The translations under genes were made by a program, and so were the position numbers. From positions 1,459 to 65,458 of the forward strand of contig JAERTI010000055.1 in assembly GCA_016844925.1 (NCBI GenBank): 64,000 bases of DNA. Direction: 5' to 3'. Below the pieces are notes generated by a model that searched no databases, was not told where the DNA came from, and saw only the letters and a list, made by a program, of their open reading frames with translations. This document shows, in pieces, positions 1 through 10,576 of the stretch; the stretch's first letter is position 1, and every line of letters starts with the position of its first letter. The stretch is from Candidatus Uhrbacteria bacterium. GTDB lineage: Bacteria; Patescibacteriota; Patescibacteriia; UBA9934; GWF2-40-263.

Positions 1-1758
1 GAGTAAGAACGTGAAACTTAGTGACCCCGTCTGACCCGGCTCCACAGAGAGAAACCCTCCAAACGATGTCAGCCCAAGCTCCCCGACAACATCTGTCTCA
101 ACACTTGCTTGAAGAAGTTCAGAACCCTCTGGGACATACACCCGTGTATAGGTGCGGTAGCGCGTGGTCTTGTAATCAAATGTACCTGTGTGATTGTAAG
201 TGACAACAACTTCCCCCATCCACTGACCGAGGCTGTTGCGACTAATGTCATAAGCAATCGCTCTCTCGACAACAGGATCTGTTTTGAGCGCGGCAAGGTT
301 CGCATCCACTACCATAAGGGTATCCACCTCCCCTGGCTCTATAGCGCCACCCCAACCAACACGCTCAATCATCTCCTGTACTTGCTCATCCGTCGAAAAG
401 AGAAGAAGCTGCTTGGCATCAAGCGCTTCACGCGCGTAGACGAACACCGTCTCCCACTCAGCATAAGAAAGCTGGTACAGACGTGACTTCATCTCATCAA
501 TCAAATCAGCGAGAATCTCTTTTCGTTGCGATACGGGAATCCCCTCCGCCTTAAATCCAAACTGAACTTGATACTCCAGAGCATCGGCAACATTCTCTGC
601 CGTGAACGTCTGTCCACCAACGTCAATTGACCCGGTGACCTCTAACAACTTTGATGCAAAGGTCGGCGTGAGAGCTATCACATGATCGATCTGATCTGTG
701 TGTGGAACACTCGAACCCTCCTCAAGGTAGCTTGCCTCCTGCAAAAACAGCTCTATTCCCTTTTGTGTAGAGATAGCGAAGTCTGGCGACCAATTGCTAT
801 CTCTGAAAAACCACTGCGTTGCAGCATTGTAGTCCTTAAGGGGTGCTGGCGGTTCAGCGACCACCTGTTCTGCCACCGCATTATCAAGCGTGTAGACATC
901 AGCCGTCTCCATGTGCTCGATGTCACCACCGTCAACCTCAAGAACTCCATAGGACCCGATAAACCCACCCCCCGGACGGATCTCGTCATTGTTTAAAAAC
1001 AGGAGGAGGTTTGTTGACGACTCCTGCAGTCCCGCATAGGCCGGCAGTAGACGCGCCCCGATCGAAAGAAGATCCAGCTGCTCTTCCAACAGAGATAGCT
1101 GCTCACGCACAGGATCAAGCATGCTCACGATGGGATCGAGAGCCGTTGCTCCAGCAAGTAGATCAATCTCTTCTTGAGCAATGCTGATCTGCGCAATCAA
1201 CAAATCGATTTCATCCGCAGATGCCGCAAGGCGTGCAAGCACGGCGCGCTTGGTCTCAGTTGAGAGGTCGTCAAACGTCACCTCTGGCGACAATCCACTC
1301 TGCACACTGTCGAGATACTCTTGTGAAATCCCTGCAAGCTGCATCATGTCTTGCCCAAGATCAAAAAGTGGATCAAGCGCAACGGCAATAGCAGAGCTTG
1401 TCTGGATCAACTCCGAGATAGAGGCCACATAGGTACCAACGCGCGGTATCCAAGCAACGGTCACCAGGATGGGTAATCGTCTCTCAGCCATGCTCAGATT
1501 CTCTTGAGCGCCTGAGAGTGTCTCCCGAGCACGCTCAAAAGAAAAAGCCTGTGCCTCATCCTTGGCAACAAGCAACTGATCACGAGCGTCAGACACATGA
1601 GCAAATACCTGACTCGTCACGACAACGAGGCAGACCGTCCATGCAAGAACCAAAATCAATGTGGATACAAAAAGTGTTCGCAGGATGCGCCTACGCTTGT
1701 GCTGCCTCTGCTGCGCTTTAGGCTCGGCTCGATGGAGAAAATTGAGGCTGTGACTCAT
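1..1758 (-). CDS. DUF4012 domain-containing membrane-anchored protein (3' end runs off window start)
   Basis: Not in the ORF track because no stop lies in the window. Manual translation from ATG 1758: MSHSLNFLHRAEPK...RRILRTLFVSTLILVLAWTVCLVVV (TM)...LLLFLNNDEIRPGGGFIGSYG, the NNxExRPxGGFIGS motif of DUF4012. ATGA overlap with the upstream GT stop. Confidence 0.8.
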   Translation of the reverse strand, partial: MSHSLNFLHRAEPKAQQRQHKRRRILRTLFVSTLILVLAWTVCLVVVTSQVFAHVSDARDQLLVAKDEAQAFSFERARETLSGAQENLSMAERRLPILVTVAWIPRVGTYVASISELIQTSSAIAVALDPLFDLGQDMMQLAGISQEYLDSVQSGLSPEVTFDDLSTETKRAVLARLAASADEIDLLIAQISIAQEEIDLLAGATALDPIVSMLDPVREQLSLLEEQLDLLSIGARLLPAYAGLQESSTNLLLFLNNDEIRPGGGFIGSYGVLEVDGGDIEHMETADVYTLDNAVAEQVVAEPPAPLKDYNAATQWFFRDSNWSPDFAISTQKGIELFLQEASYLEEGSSVPHTDQIDHVIALTPTFASKLLEVTGSIDVGGQTFTAENVADALEYQVQFGFKAEGIPVSQRKEILADLIDEMKSRLYQLSYAEWETVFVYAREALDAKQLLLFSTDEQVQEMIERVGWGGAIEPGEVDTLMVVDANLAALKTDPVVERAIAYDISRNSLGQWMGEVVVTYNHTGTFDYKTTRYRTYTRVYVPEGSELLQASVETDVVGELGLTSFGGFLSVEPGQTGSLSFTFLL

Positions 1759-2552
1759 GAACGCTCACGATACTTCTTATAGTAGTATAGCGCACTTTTA
1801 ATCTGTACCCGCGTCAGAGGGTTCAAAAGCTGCTTCACAAATCCCCCCTCAGCTGTTTCCCGACGATGGTAGTGAATTAATTCAACCTGCGGGTGATACA
1901 CTACACGCCAATCAGCTAGCCAGAACCGACGGCACCAATCCTGATCTTCAAAATAAACAAAAAAGTTTGGATCAAATCCCCCCACCTGCTCATAGGCCTC
2001 ACGACGGACAAACATCGCCGCGCCAAGAATATAGTCGACGTTCTGCGTTCGCGAGAGATCCGCGTCCGCACGCATATAATTCTCAACGGTCCTCTTGGCA
2101 AAACCCATCCCACGCAAGACGGGCACCCGGCGATACAAAATCACCTGCGGCTCCATGAAGTTGTAGGCACTGTACTGGAGCGAACCGTCTGGATTTGAAA
2201 GTCGTGGACCAACCATCCCAATATCAGGATGCTCTTCCATGAACGTTATGAGCTTCTCAAGCGCCCCATCGGTCAGGATCATGTCCGGATTAAAGATGAA
2301 CAAGAAACGTCCTAATGCCTGCTCCATGGCCATATTCATTCCACGACCAAAACCAACATTCTCGGGTGAAGTCAAAACCTTCACCTCAGGAAACTCGGAC
2401 AGGACCTTCTCTTTTACCCGCATGGCGGGGTTGTTGTCGACCACAATAATCTCAAACGAACACTCCGGTTTTGAACGGTAAATTCCCTTCAGCGTCTGAC
2501 GCAGAAGCCCTGGAGTGTTGTAGTGCACGATAAGAATCGAAACATCCGTCAT
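1755..2552 (-). CDS. Glycosyltransferase family 2 (WbbL/rhamnosyltransferase-like)
   Basis: VSILIVHYN, IIVVDN, NVGFGRGMN, FNPD, GGFDPNFFVYFEDQDWC motifs; start placed at TATG 2552. Confidence 0.9.
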   Translation of the reverse strand: MTDVSILIVHYNTPGLLRQTLKGIYRSKPECSFEIIVVDNNPAMRVKEKVLSEFPEVKVLTSPENVGFGRGMNMAMEQALGRFLFIFNPDMILTDGALEKLITFMEEHPDIGMVGPRLSNPDGSLQYSAYNFMEPQVILYRRVPVLRGMGFAKRTVENYMRADADLSRTQNVDYILGAAMFVRREAYEQVGGFDPNFFVYFEDQDWCRRFWLADWRVVYHPQVELIHYHRRETAEGGFVKQLLNPLTRVQIKSALYYYKKYRERS

Positions 2553-3595
2553 ACAAACCATTTTCTCAAATCTCGAGCCCGAACCTCACTCGACTGAAGT
2601 GTTGCGCGTCGTTTAACCCACATCACCGGAATTAATCGAACGGCATCGAATATCGCCCTGAATCCACCCTTCTCAAATGCGAGCACGTACATAAACCGAA
2701 GCCCTTCATACACCACGATCCATGGAAGAGCCAATAGCAAGTTTGAGAAACGAAGATTTTTCACGAGGAGCAACCAGTGATTCCGTGTCGAGAAGTAATT
2801 CCTCACAGACGATTTAATCCGACGATTCCGAATGCGCTCCCAGAGACCCATCTTCTCCGGTCCATACATTCCACGATAGTGATATGCAACGGCACTTGGA
2901 ACGTACAGTGACGGCCACCCAGCGTGCTGCAATCTCCAGGCCAGGTCCACATCTTCCTTGTACGCAAAAAAATCTTGATCAAAAAATTCATCACCGTACC
3001 GTGTCTCCTGCAAGGCTCGTCCACGATAGAGTGTCAGGGCTCCACTGATACCAAACACCTGCTCCACTTCATCGTACTGACCACGATCAAGCTCCCCTGC
3101 CCCACGGTCCGCCACCGTACGATTGCGCCGCGGGTTCAATCCCGCAGAGTCAAAGCGATCTGATCGAATCGTCTCTCGCAACACCTCATCAGCCAGGTTC
3201 TCACCAAACGCTCGCAATAGCTTTCCACCAAAACTCCCCATCTCAGGATGAACCTGCACCACGGCCATGAGATTCTCTAAATACGTCTCAGACAAAATAA
3301 CGTCTGGATTTGTGACGAGAATGTAGCGCTCCTTCCCCCCCTCCCAGTGATCCAGTGCATAGCGAATCCCCTGGTTGTGAGCAGCAGAGAACCCTAAGTT
3401 TCTGGCATTTCGAATAACGGTCGTTTCCGGGTAGTTCTCCCGCAAAAACGCCTCTGCCCCATCGCTTGAACCATTGTCTATGACAAGCACGTTGAAATCC
3501 CTGTAGGTCTGACCCATAATGGACTTCATAAGGTCCGGAAGGAACTCCATGGAGTTCCAGACCACAATATTGATACTTATTGAGGGATCTGACAT
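2549..3595 (-). CDS. Glycosyltransferase family 2
   Basis: SINIVVWNS, VIDNGSSDG, NLGFSAAHNQG, TNPD, FFAYKEDVDLAWR; start placed at TATG 3595. Confidence 0.9.
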   Translation of the reverse strand: MSDPSISINIVVWNSMEFLPDLMKSIMGQTYRDFNVLVIDNGSSDGAEAFLRENYPETTVIRNARNLGFSAAHNQGIRYALDHWEGGKERYILVTNPDVILSETYLENLMAVVQVHPEMGSFGGKLLRAFGENLADEVLRETIRSDRFDSAGLNPRRNRTVADRGAGELDRGQYDEVEQVFGISGALTLYRGRALQETRYGDEFFDQDFFAYKEDVDLAWRLQHAGWPSLYVPSAVAYHYRGMYGPEKMGLWERIRNRRIKSSVRNYFSTRNHWLLLVKNLRFSNLLLALPWIVVYEGLRFMYVLAFEKGGFRAIFDAVRLIPVMWVKRRATLQSSEVRARDLRKWFV

Positions 3596-3604
3596 AACAG
3601 GGCT

Positions 3605-3898
3605 ATGGTAGACAATCAAGAGCAACAAAACAACCATTGGTTCATACCCAAGCGTTATGGGTATGGCATAGAACCCGTCACTTGGCAGGGTTGGCTTATG
3701 ACATTGGTGTTTATTGGCATCGTTATTGGAGCAGCCATCGTCGATTTTCCCGTGAAAGACGAACCTTCTCCGAGACAGGTTGGGCGCTTTTTCATCGACC
3801 TCTTCCTGCTTACATCCCTCTTCCTCATAATCTCATTACCTAAAACGAAAGGTAAGATGCGCTGGCGTTGGGGTCAGCGTGATGAAGATGCACTATGA
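3605..3898 (+). CDS. Small two-TM membrane protein (WFxxKxYGxGxxPxxWQGW type)
   Basis: [19 protein letters not shown], two hydrophobic helices, C-terminal RWRWG. Confidence 0.7.
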   Translation: MVDNQEQQNNHWFIPKRYGYGIEPVTWQGWLMTLVFIGIVIGAAIVDFPVKDEPSPRQVGRFFIDLFLLTSLFLIISLPKTKGKMRWRWGQRDEDAL

Positions 3899-4608
3899 AT
3901 ACACAAAGGCCAAAGGTTGGTGTGGGGGTACTGGTTGTAAAAGACGGCAAGGTTTTGCTTGGCAAGCGCAAGGGTGCGCATGGTGAGGGGACATGGCATT
4001 TCCCAGGGGGCCACTTGGAAGGTGGTGAATCCTGGGAAGATTGTGCGCGCAGAGAGACCATGGAAGAAGCCGGGATACAGATCAAGAACCTCAGGCTCTT
4101 TGCGACCATTAATGATGTTCACCCAAACTGGGGGCAGCACTACGTCACCTTGTTGATGCAGGCCGATCATGACCAGGGAGAGGCTCGTGTCTGCGAACCA
4201 AATAAATGTGAACAGTGGGACTGGTTCCGTTGGGAAGAAATGCCTGAGCCTCTCTTTGAACCAATACAAGCCGCTCTAAACCAAGGCCTACACCCACTCT
4301 CTCTCACGCACGACAAGCTCGTGCGCGACAAAATCCCAGAGATTATCGAGCTCAGCGGAGATGTGGCCGTGATTCATACGGCTGACGAAAAAGAGTATCG
4401 CTTGCGCCTTCGCGCAAAACTCATTGAAGAAGTGAACGAGTATTTGGAGTCAGGATCACCAGAAGAACTCGCTGACATTCTCGAGGTCATCCACTCCCTC
4501 ACCGCCCTCGACGGCGTATCTCGTGAGCAACTCCAACTCATCCAAACAAAAAAGCGCGATGAGCGCGGTGGGTTTACTCAGCGGATTGTCCTTGATGAAA
4601 CCCGGTGA
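3895..4608 (+). CDS. NUDIX hydrolase (NUDT15/Nudix1-like) fused to MazG-like all-alpha NTP pyrophosphatase
   Basis: Nudix box [23 protein letters not shown] plus [11 protein letters not shown]; C-terminal [13 protein letters not shown]...KLIEEVNEY...EELADILEV...KRDERGGF. Confidence 0.85.
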   Translation: MNTQRPKVGVGVLVVKDGKVLLGKRKGAHGEGTWHFPGGHLEGGESWEDCARRETMEEAGIQIKNLRLFATINDVHPNWGQHYVTLLMQADHDQGEARVCEPNKCEQWDWFRWEEMPEPLFEPIQAALNQGLHPLSLTHDKLVRDKIPEIIELSGDVAVIHTADEKEYRLRLRAKLIEEVNEYLESGSPEELADILEVIHSLTALDGVSREQLQLIQTKKRDERGGFTQRIVLDETR

Positions 4609-6093
4609 TCAACGTGCCTTCTTTGTCACATCAAACCCAAGATACTTTCCTACCATCAGACGTGTCTGTGCATCGATCGCCGGGAAAGACCCAAAGACAA
4701 TAAACGTAATCGGCAACAAGGCCCACTGCAAAAGCATCACCACCCAGGTGTGCTTTTTAATTTGCTTTGGTCGACGTGGAAGCAATGTAAGTGAAACCAG
4801 AGCAGAGATAAGGATTCCAATCATCGCCAGCTGCATCAGGTGCTGCAAGGTAAATGGTGCTGCCTGAATCAGTGCCTCACCACGGCCTGTTGCCACCCAC
4901 AAGGGCAACCAACCAAGAACAAACATAATGATCGGCGCTGTGGCCCACGTCCACATCCCTTCAAGGTGATTGAACAAGTAACGTATACGTATACCCAGAG
5001 GGATGCCCTTATGGCGCCGGAAGCCATCAATCATGTAAGGCAAGTGCTCTACCCCCCAAGCCCAACGGCGCATCTGTTTGTAGAGCGCTGCGAGTGACTC
5101 ACGATAGGTCTTTCCTGTGACAGCATCCATGGACACTGGTAGGAACATCGGTGTCACTCGGTAGTCACCGCGATAGTGCAGGAACGCTTGCATGAAAATA
5201 CGTGAATCCTCGCTCACAATATCCTTCTGCCAGAACCGAACATCTTTCAACATCTTCCACGGCATAGAATGCGATGAGAACGTCCAGAGCCTATCTGGAC
5301 GTGTCAGCTCGCCGAATAACCAGAACGTTGTACCAAAGGCTCCAATTCTCACCGGCGCAGAGGAAGTCCAGATATTGTTTGAAAAGAGCGCAATTGGCTG
5401 GAACGAGCTACGCGTTGGATCCTCCACGGTCGCATAAAGATATGTCAGGTAAGAGAAGTACTGCGGATGAGCGATCGTATCGACGTCAAACGCAGAGACA
5501 ACAATATCCTCGTCCTTAAGCTCTGGAAACTCTTGAGCAAGCACCTCTTCGAGTCGGTGCCCCATCCAGTTCAGGTTAGATCCCTTACCAGGGATCTCCC
5601 CAGGGAGTCCCTTGGGATGAATGGTCGAGATGAGCCGAAGGAATACGTTTCCAAACTCCTTTTGAGCCCGAACTGTGTGATTCTTAAATGCCTGCTCATC
5701 CGCCTGCTCACCTCCAAGCACCACAATCATCCGCTTACTTGGAAATGGACTCTCCTGCAAAGAGCGGAGCGTTGTACGAATAATGTCGTATCCCTCCTTG
5801 TACGTCGGAAGAAAAACCACGTGGTGAATACGCTCAACACCCTCCACATCAGCAAGCTTTTCCTGCCAATCGATCTGAGCTGTTCGCTTAAACTTTCGCC
5901 ATGAGATCAAGACGAAGATATTGAAATACAGCACCCGAAAGAGCCACAGGAGATCAAAGACGATAATGAATACAATCACCCAAAGAGGCTTGTAAAAAGA
6001 GAGGGACAGGGCGAGCAGAAAAGTTCCCCAAACCGTTAGGCCGGGGAACATCTCCCAAAAACGCATTTTTCCGTAAGTGTAGGGTTGCGACAT
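4609..6093 (-). CDS. Multi-TM processive-type GT2 glycosyltransferase
   Basis: LPTYKE, GKGSN, FDVDT (DxD), VSEDS, QMRRWAWG (QxxRW), TM helices at both ends. Confidence 0.85.
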   Translation of the reverse strand: MSQPYTYGKMRFWEMFPGLTVWGTFLLALSLSFYKPLWVIVFIIVFDLLWLFRVLYFNIFVLISWRKFKRTAQIDWQEKLADVEGVERIHHVVFLPTYKEGYDIIRTTLRSLQESPFPSKRMIVVLGGEQADEQAFKNHTVRAQKEFGNVFLRLISTIHPKGLPGEIPGKGSNLNWMGHRLEEVLAQEFPELKDEDIVVSAFDVDTIAHPQYFSYLTYLYATVEDPTRSSFQPIALFSNNIWTSSAPVRIGAFGTTFWLFGELTRPDRLWTFSSHSMPWKMLKDVRFWQKDIVSEDSRIFMQAFLHYRGDYRVTPMFLPVSMDAVTGKTYRESLAALYKQMRRWAWGVEHLPYMIDGFRRHKGIPLGIRIRYLFNHLEGMWTWATAPIIMFVLGWLPLWVATGRGEALIQAAPFTLQHLMQLAMIGILISALVSLTLLPRRPKQIKKHTWVVMLLQWALLPITFIVFGSFPAIDAQTRLMVGKYLGFDVTKKAR

Positions 6094-6773
6094 TACTTCT
6101 CTGAAGAGATATCTCTCTTTAACCGATCAAGGAATTTATTGGCATGATCTTTTCCACCCAGACCAAACGCGAGCCCGCCAGCAAGAGCAAGCATGGCCAC
6201 AAGTCCGGTGAAGAGAACGCGAATCAGCTCTGGGGCAATCTGCAACTGAACCAGTGCTGCCATAAAGGTAAACACCAAGATGGCCCACTTTGCCACACCA
6301 GAAAGAAAATCTGCTGACTCAAGCTTTGCTGCCTCAACAGAGGACTTCACAACGTTCTGAACAAAATTTCCGAGTAAAATACCTGCAAGCAGAATGATGA
6401 CTGCGATAATCACGTTTGGAATGAAGAGCACCACCTGCCCGAGATAATCCGTCACCTGATCCCAACCGAGGATGTCCGTAGCGGCAATAAGGGCAATGAC
6501 GATGAAGAACCATTTCACGATCCACCCGAGCAAGCCACCGATGTGCAGACGCAGGCCAACACGATCGAACTGAGAGGTTATCTCAAGACGTTTTGCCAAC
6601 TCATCGATGCGCAAAAGTGTGACCACCTTAATGACCACCGTTCGTAGAACATGTGCCACGATGACACCGATAAGAAAAACGAGAATCGCTCCCAGCAGGT
6701 TTGGCAGGTAAGCAATCACTGTATCCCATAGCTCCAGTAGCGGCCCTTGAAGAATTTCTTCAGTAAAAGACAT
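6093..6773 (-). CDS. TM_helix-repeat membrane protein (CmpX/MscS-associated)
   Basis: YLPNLLGA and FIPNVIIA repeats; LAGGLAFGLGGKD. Confidence 0.8.
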   Translation of the reverse strand: MSFTEEILQGPLLELWDTVIAYLPNLLGAILVFLIGVIVAHVLRTVVIKVVTLLRIDELAKRLEITSQFDRVGLRLHIGGLLGWIVKWFFIVIALIAATDILGWDQVTDYLGQVVLFIPNVIIAVIILLAGILLGNFVQNVVKSSVEAAKLESADFLSGVAKWAILVFTFMAALVQLQIAPELIRVLFTGLVAMLALAGGLAFGLGGKDHANKFLDRLKRDISSEK

Positions 6774-6846
6774 ATGTTTTTAGGCTAATAATGTTGATTT
6801 TACAGTAGCATTTTCCCCCACCCCTTTCTACTTCTTATCCCCACAC

Positions 6847-7239
6847 CTAGGCACTCTTTGTAATCATAGGTGGCCGATCATAAGAAGGTAGAACAAATCC
6901 TTGTTCAGGCAGTTGCAGAAGATCCACTTCAGCAAGAAGATCACCCAGAGGTCTCTTGTCTGTATTCTCCAGGCCCCAGACTGGGATCTTCTGCGTCAGC
7001 GCCAGACTGTTGGCAAGCGTCACAGAGACTCGACTGGCGGTAAAAGACCCTGGGCCTGTCACCACAATCACCCCCTTTAAATCCTGAATCGAAAGCCCCC
7101 ACTTCTCTAGCGCCTTATCAAGAGAATCGAGATGCTGCTCCGGAGGAACCAAAAAAACCTCGCTTTGAACAATATTCTTTCCATCAAACAATGCGAGGAT
7201 TAACTCTGAAATGTCTTGTGAGGCAATAGCCAAGTGCAT
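6847..7239 (-). CDS. tsaB: Truncated TsaB-like protein (t6A biosynthesis)
   Basis: VIVVTGPGSFTASRVSVTLANSLA motif; only 130 aa. Confidence 0.7.
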   Translation of the reverse strand: MHLAIASQDISELILALFDGKNIVQSEVFLVPPEQHLDSLDKALEKWGLSIQDLKGVIVVTGPGSFTASRVSVTLANSLALTQKIPVWGLENTDKRPLGDLLAEVDLLQLPEQGFVLPSYDRPPMITKSA

Positions 7240-7240
7240 A

Positions 7241-7846
7241 TTACACTGTGAGATTATCGACCATCACCACCTTTTCTCCATTCAAAATTGAAAGCAAGAA
7301 TCGATCTGCCACCTGCCGTCGATCAAGAAACTCGTCCTTTGGCATCAAGGTGTAATTGATCTCATAAGGAATCTCCTCCTCAAACTTAGTGATCATCTTT
7401 TCAAGATCAGCCTGTTTAATCTTTCCTACGATCAGAATGTCCGTCGCGATCTCTGTCGCATCAACGAAACGTCCAGTGAACGCAAAATAGTCAATTTGCC
7501 CCTTCTCCTGAAGATCTTGGACAAAATTCTTCTTCAATAAGATTTGTACTTTCTGAAAGAGAGAACGTAGATCTTCAAAAAGAATAAAGTCTGTATTCAC
7601 CTGGTAATACTTCTTTTTCTCTGAAAGACGCTTGGTTTCCTTTGCAAGGCCTTTTTTCTCGATAATCAAGCCAAGTTCAATCAAATTACTGAGTTCTCTC
7701 CGCACGGAGTTCAACTGTGCATCGATTCTGCGCGTCAGTTCGCGAACAAAAAACGACTCATCTGGGTGCTGTAGAAATAGCGCCATCAAACGAGCTCGTG
7801 TCTTTGAGCCAAACATCTGCTCAATTTTAAAGGGGTTTTTACTCAT
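7241..7846 (-). CDS. Winged-helix DNA-binding protein with degenerate nucleotidyltransferase-like C-domain
   Basis: FGSKTRARLM...FFVRELTR...NSVRRELSNL; TDILIVG; start placed at TATG 7846. Confidence 0.75.
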   Translation of the reverse strand: MSKNPFKIEQMFGSKTRARLMALFLQHPDESFFVRELTRRIDAQLNSVRRELSNLIELGLIIEKKGLAKETKRLSEKKKYYQVNTDFILFEDLRSLFQKVQILLKKNFVQDLQEKGQIDYFAFTGRFVDATEIATDILIVGKIKQADLEKMITKFEEEIPYEINYTLMPKDEFLDRRQVADRFLLSILNGEKVVMVDNLTV

Positions 7847-7922
7847 ATGGATTTCGGTTGCACCTCCATCGCATCCGGGTATAATGTACACAAATGACAA
7901 ATGGAGGGCAAATGGAAATCGC

Positions 7923-10124
7923 ATGAATATCAAAGCATCCCAATACGAGCCCACGAGTCCAGAGGAAAAGATTCGAGGGACATCTGTCCTTCTCCCGGTC
8001 GCCGATCGAGGAGGATATGTGTTCATGTTGGCGTACACAAAGAAGGAAAATGCCGACACAGAACTCCTCCTTGAGACCCTCATAGACCAAATCCATCGCC
8101 TTGCCGATTCTTTTGGGAAAGAATCGAACCCACAGCACCGCTTTGAACAATTTCTTGGCGCATTGAATGAAACGCTCTCGAGCCATGTCAGAGAGGGGCG
8201 CTGGACCGTTCCCATCAATAACGTGCACGCTATTGTAGGCATTGTCTCCGGTGGGCAAATGTTTCTCTCTGGAACCGGAGAGCTCACAGCCCTGTTCTTG
8301 CACAAGAAACCTTCACAGCGCTACCAGATCTATAATCTCTTCCGTGGCATTCAAACAGAGCAATCGCTCCCGACCTGGGAAAAACCTTTCGCTGTGGTTC
8401 TTGACGGTGATCTCCACGAAGGAGACGTCTTCTGTGTTTCAGACAAAGACTTGCAGCAAGCCATCGAAACCGATGAGCTTAATGGCATACTTTCAACACT
8501 CCCCCCTGTAAGTGCCGTTGAAAAAATCCGACAGTATTTCTCCCACAAGGACCCTCTCCTTTTAGTGATCATCAAACTCGATGATGGCTCCACAGCAAGC
8601 ATTGCCCCAGAGAGCGGATCGCCCGCCGTTCAACGAGCAGATGTTTCTGTTGAAGAACTTCTCGACACAGAAACATCTACCAGTCGCTTCCTTGAGGACC
8701 AGCGCCCAAGCATCTCCTCTCTTTTTCGGGGAGTCCAGCAATGGGTAAAGACAAAAACACAGTCAAAGTCCCGAATTCTCCAGGACCTCAATACAGAACG
8801 ATCATTTGTCACAACGCTCAAACGCCTTGGTCGAACCCTCATGCGCGGAATCATCTTCCTTGCAAAACGCTCGGTGAAACACGCCAAACGTGCCGTGCTA
8901 GCCCTGAAGAAAAAAGAATCACGTGAGCACATCAAGCAACAGGTACTGACTGGCGGCGGAGCAAAGGACCGAGCTCGCGCCATCATGCAATCGGCACAAC
9001 GCGTGCCCCGCTCTACCCTCTTTCTTGTACTAGGCGTCCTCATCGCCGTCATTATCCTTGCTGTTGGTATTTCCACCATCTCAAAGTCGCAGGCTCGCTC
9101 AGCTGAAGAAGAAGCCTATGCCAAACGCCTTACCACCATTGAGGACACCATCGAGCGTGCAGCCAGTGCTGTCATTTACAAAGATGAGGATCAAGCGCGC
9201 ACACTCTATCTAAACGCCGAAACGCTCATCGAAGAGCTCCCAACCGACACACCAGAACGCACCCAGAAAGTCTCTGAACTCACAGCAGACATCCAAGCGG
9301 CCATGGATGATATTCGTCACCTAGTTACTATTCCTAACCCACCATTGCTTGGAGACCTTGCCACGGTTACAGATGGCGTCTTTGGAAACGCTTTGGTTCA
9401 GACGCCAGACTCACTTTACGTTTTTGGTTCCGATGGGCGCGCGTATGAACTGAATCGTTCACAAAAAAGCTTTGACGTCTCCAGTGAAGCCCCTGAATCA
9501 GGAAGTATCGCTCAGCTGGGAACCCAAGAGGACGGCCGTGTCTACACCATGGACTCCATCGGAGAGATCTACCAGGTCACTGACACTGGAGCCAACAGTG
9601 TGAACCTGATCGACCCAAGCTGGGTAGACCTACAGGCCTATGCCGATCGCCTCTACCTGCTGCGTCCATCTTCCTCTGACCAAGAAGGTCAGATTGTGCG
9701 CTACACCCGAAGCGGATCTGAGTTCACTTCAGAAACAAACTGGATTACCTCCCGCACCGTTTCCTTTGACAATGCTGTGTCACTCACCATCGACGGCACC
9801 GTCTACGTGCTCATGCGCGACGGAAGCATCTCCCGATTCAGCAGCGGAAGCGAGGACGGCTGGGCTGCCGGAGCGGTTGAACCACGCATCACAGGCGCCA
9901 CAAGCATTTGGACGGACGCGGATTCATCCTATGTCTACGTCCTTGAGCCAAGTACTCAACGATTGATTGTCTTTGATAAGACCTCTGGTGAATTCTTAGT
10001 CCAATATTCCTCAAGCACCTTCACAGATCTCACAGACTTCGTGGTTGACGAATCGGACTACACCATTTATCTTCTAGCCGGATCGAAGCTCTACAGCATC
10101 GCCACTTCACATATCGATGAATAA
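7923..10124 (+). CDS. Large membrane protein: degenerate PP2C-like N-domain, single TM, C-terminal beta-propeller-like region
   Basis: Long ORF; DGDLHEGDVFCVS; TM FLVLGVLIAVIILAVGI; beta-repeats (IDGTVYVL, YVYVLEP, IYLLAG). Start uncertain (7884 or 7923). Confidence 0.65.
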   Translation: MNIKASQYEPTSPEEKIRGTSVLLPVADRGGYVFMLAYTKKENADTELLLETLIDQIHRLADSFGKESNPQHRFEQFLGALNETLSSHVREGRWTVPINNVHAIVGIVSGGQMFLSGTGELTALFLHKKPSQRYQIYNLFRGIQTEQSLPTWEKPFAVVLDGDLHEGDVFCVSDKDLQQAIETDELNGILSTLPPVSAVEKIRQYFSHKDPLLLVIIKLDDGSTASIAPESGSPAVQRADVSVEELLDTETSTSRFLEDQRPSISSLFRGVQQWVKTKTQSKSRILQDLNTERSFVTTLKRLGRTLMRGIIFLAKRSVKHAKRAVLALKKKESREHIKQQVLTGGGAKDRARAIMQSAQRVPRSTLFLVLGVLIAVIILAVGISTISKSQARSAEEEAYAKRLTTIEDTIERAASAVIYKDEDQARTLYLNAETLIEELPTDTPERTQKVSELTADIQAAMDDIRHLVTIPNPPLLGDLATVTDGVFGNALVQTPDSLYVFGSDGRAYELNRSQKSFDVSSEAPESGSIAQLGTQEDGRVYTMDSIGEIYQVTDTGANSVNLIDPSWVDLQAYADRLYLLRPSSSDQEGQIVRYTRSGSEFTSETNWITSRTVSFDNAVSLTIDGTVYVLMRDGSISRFSSGSEDGWAAGAVEPRITGATSIWTDADSSYVYVLEPSTQRLIVFDKTSGEFLVQYSSSTFTDLTDFVVDESDYTIYLLAGSKLYSIATSHIDE

Positions 10125-10527
10125 TATGAAAACAAAGTTACACCATTGGATCGTCATTGCCCTTGCCATTGTCGGCATTGCCCTGCTTGCCTTCTGGCCC
10201 CCAGCAGCTGGAAAGGACCTCACTCCCTCAACCTCTGACGACGGACTAACAGGAAGTTGGTACACAGAATGGGTTGGAGAAGAAGGAGAGTCCACCTGGA
10301 TGCAATACGACATTGATTACCCCAACTACATCGTCACAGCCTCACACAACTACTTCGAAGAAGGGACCTACGAGATCGTGAAGCAAGCCATTGATGGCTC
10401 AATCGTCATTGAAAAGACCTGGAATACCCCTCGCGGCCTCCAAACCTACGAGCTCACCATCATTAAAGACGACGAAGCTCAGACCATCTCGTTTGAAGGC
10501 GTAACGCTCAAACGTGTAGAGCAGTAA
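10117..10527 (+). CDS. Hypothetical secreted/membrane-anchored protein
   Basis: N-terminal hydrophobic helix; overlaps previous stop; followed by a terminator. Confidence 0.65.
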   Translation: MNNMKTKLHHWIVIALAIVGIALLAFWPPAAGKDLTPSTSDDGLTGSWYTEWVGEEGESTWMQYDIDYPNYIVTASHNYFEEGTYEIVKQAIDGSIVIEKTWNTPRGLQTYELTIIKDDEAQTISFEGVTLKRVEQ

Positions 10528-10530
10528 AAC

Positions 10531-10562
10531 AAAACACCCACCGCTCAGCGATGGGTGTTTTT
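10531..10562. terminator. Bidirectional intrinsic terminator
   Basis: AAAACACCCA-ccgctcagcga-TGGGTGTTTT between convergent genes. Confidence 0.75.
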
Positions 10563-10576
10563 AATTTGCTTGTTGC

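Noticed and set aside
3530-3545. AGGTCCGGAAGGAA resembling SRP RNA domain IV
   Set aside because: Lies inside a GT2 CDS and lacks the flanking long helix and the GCAGC continuation.
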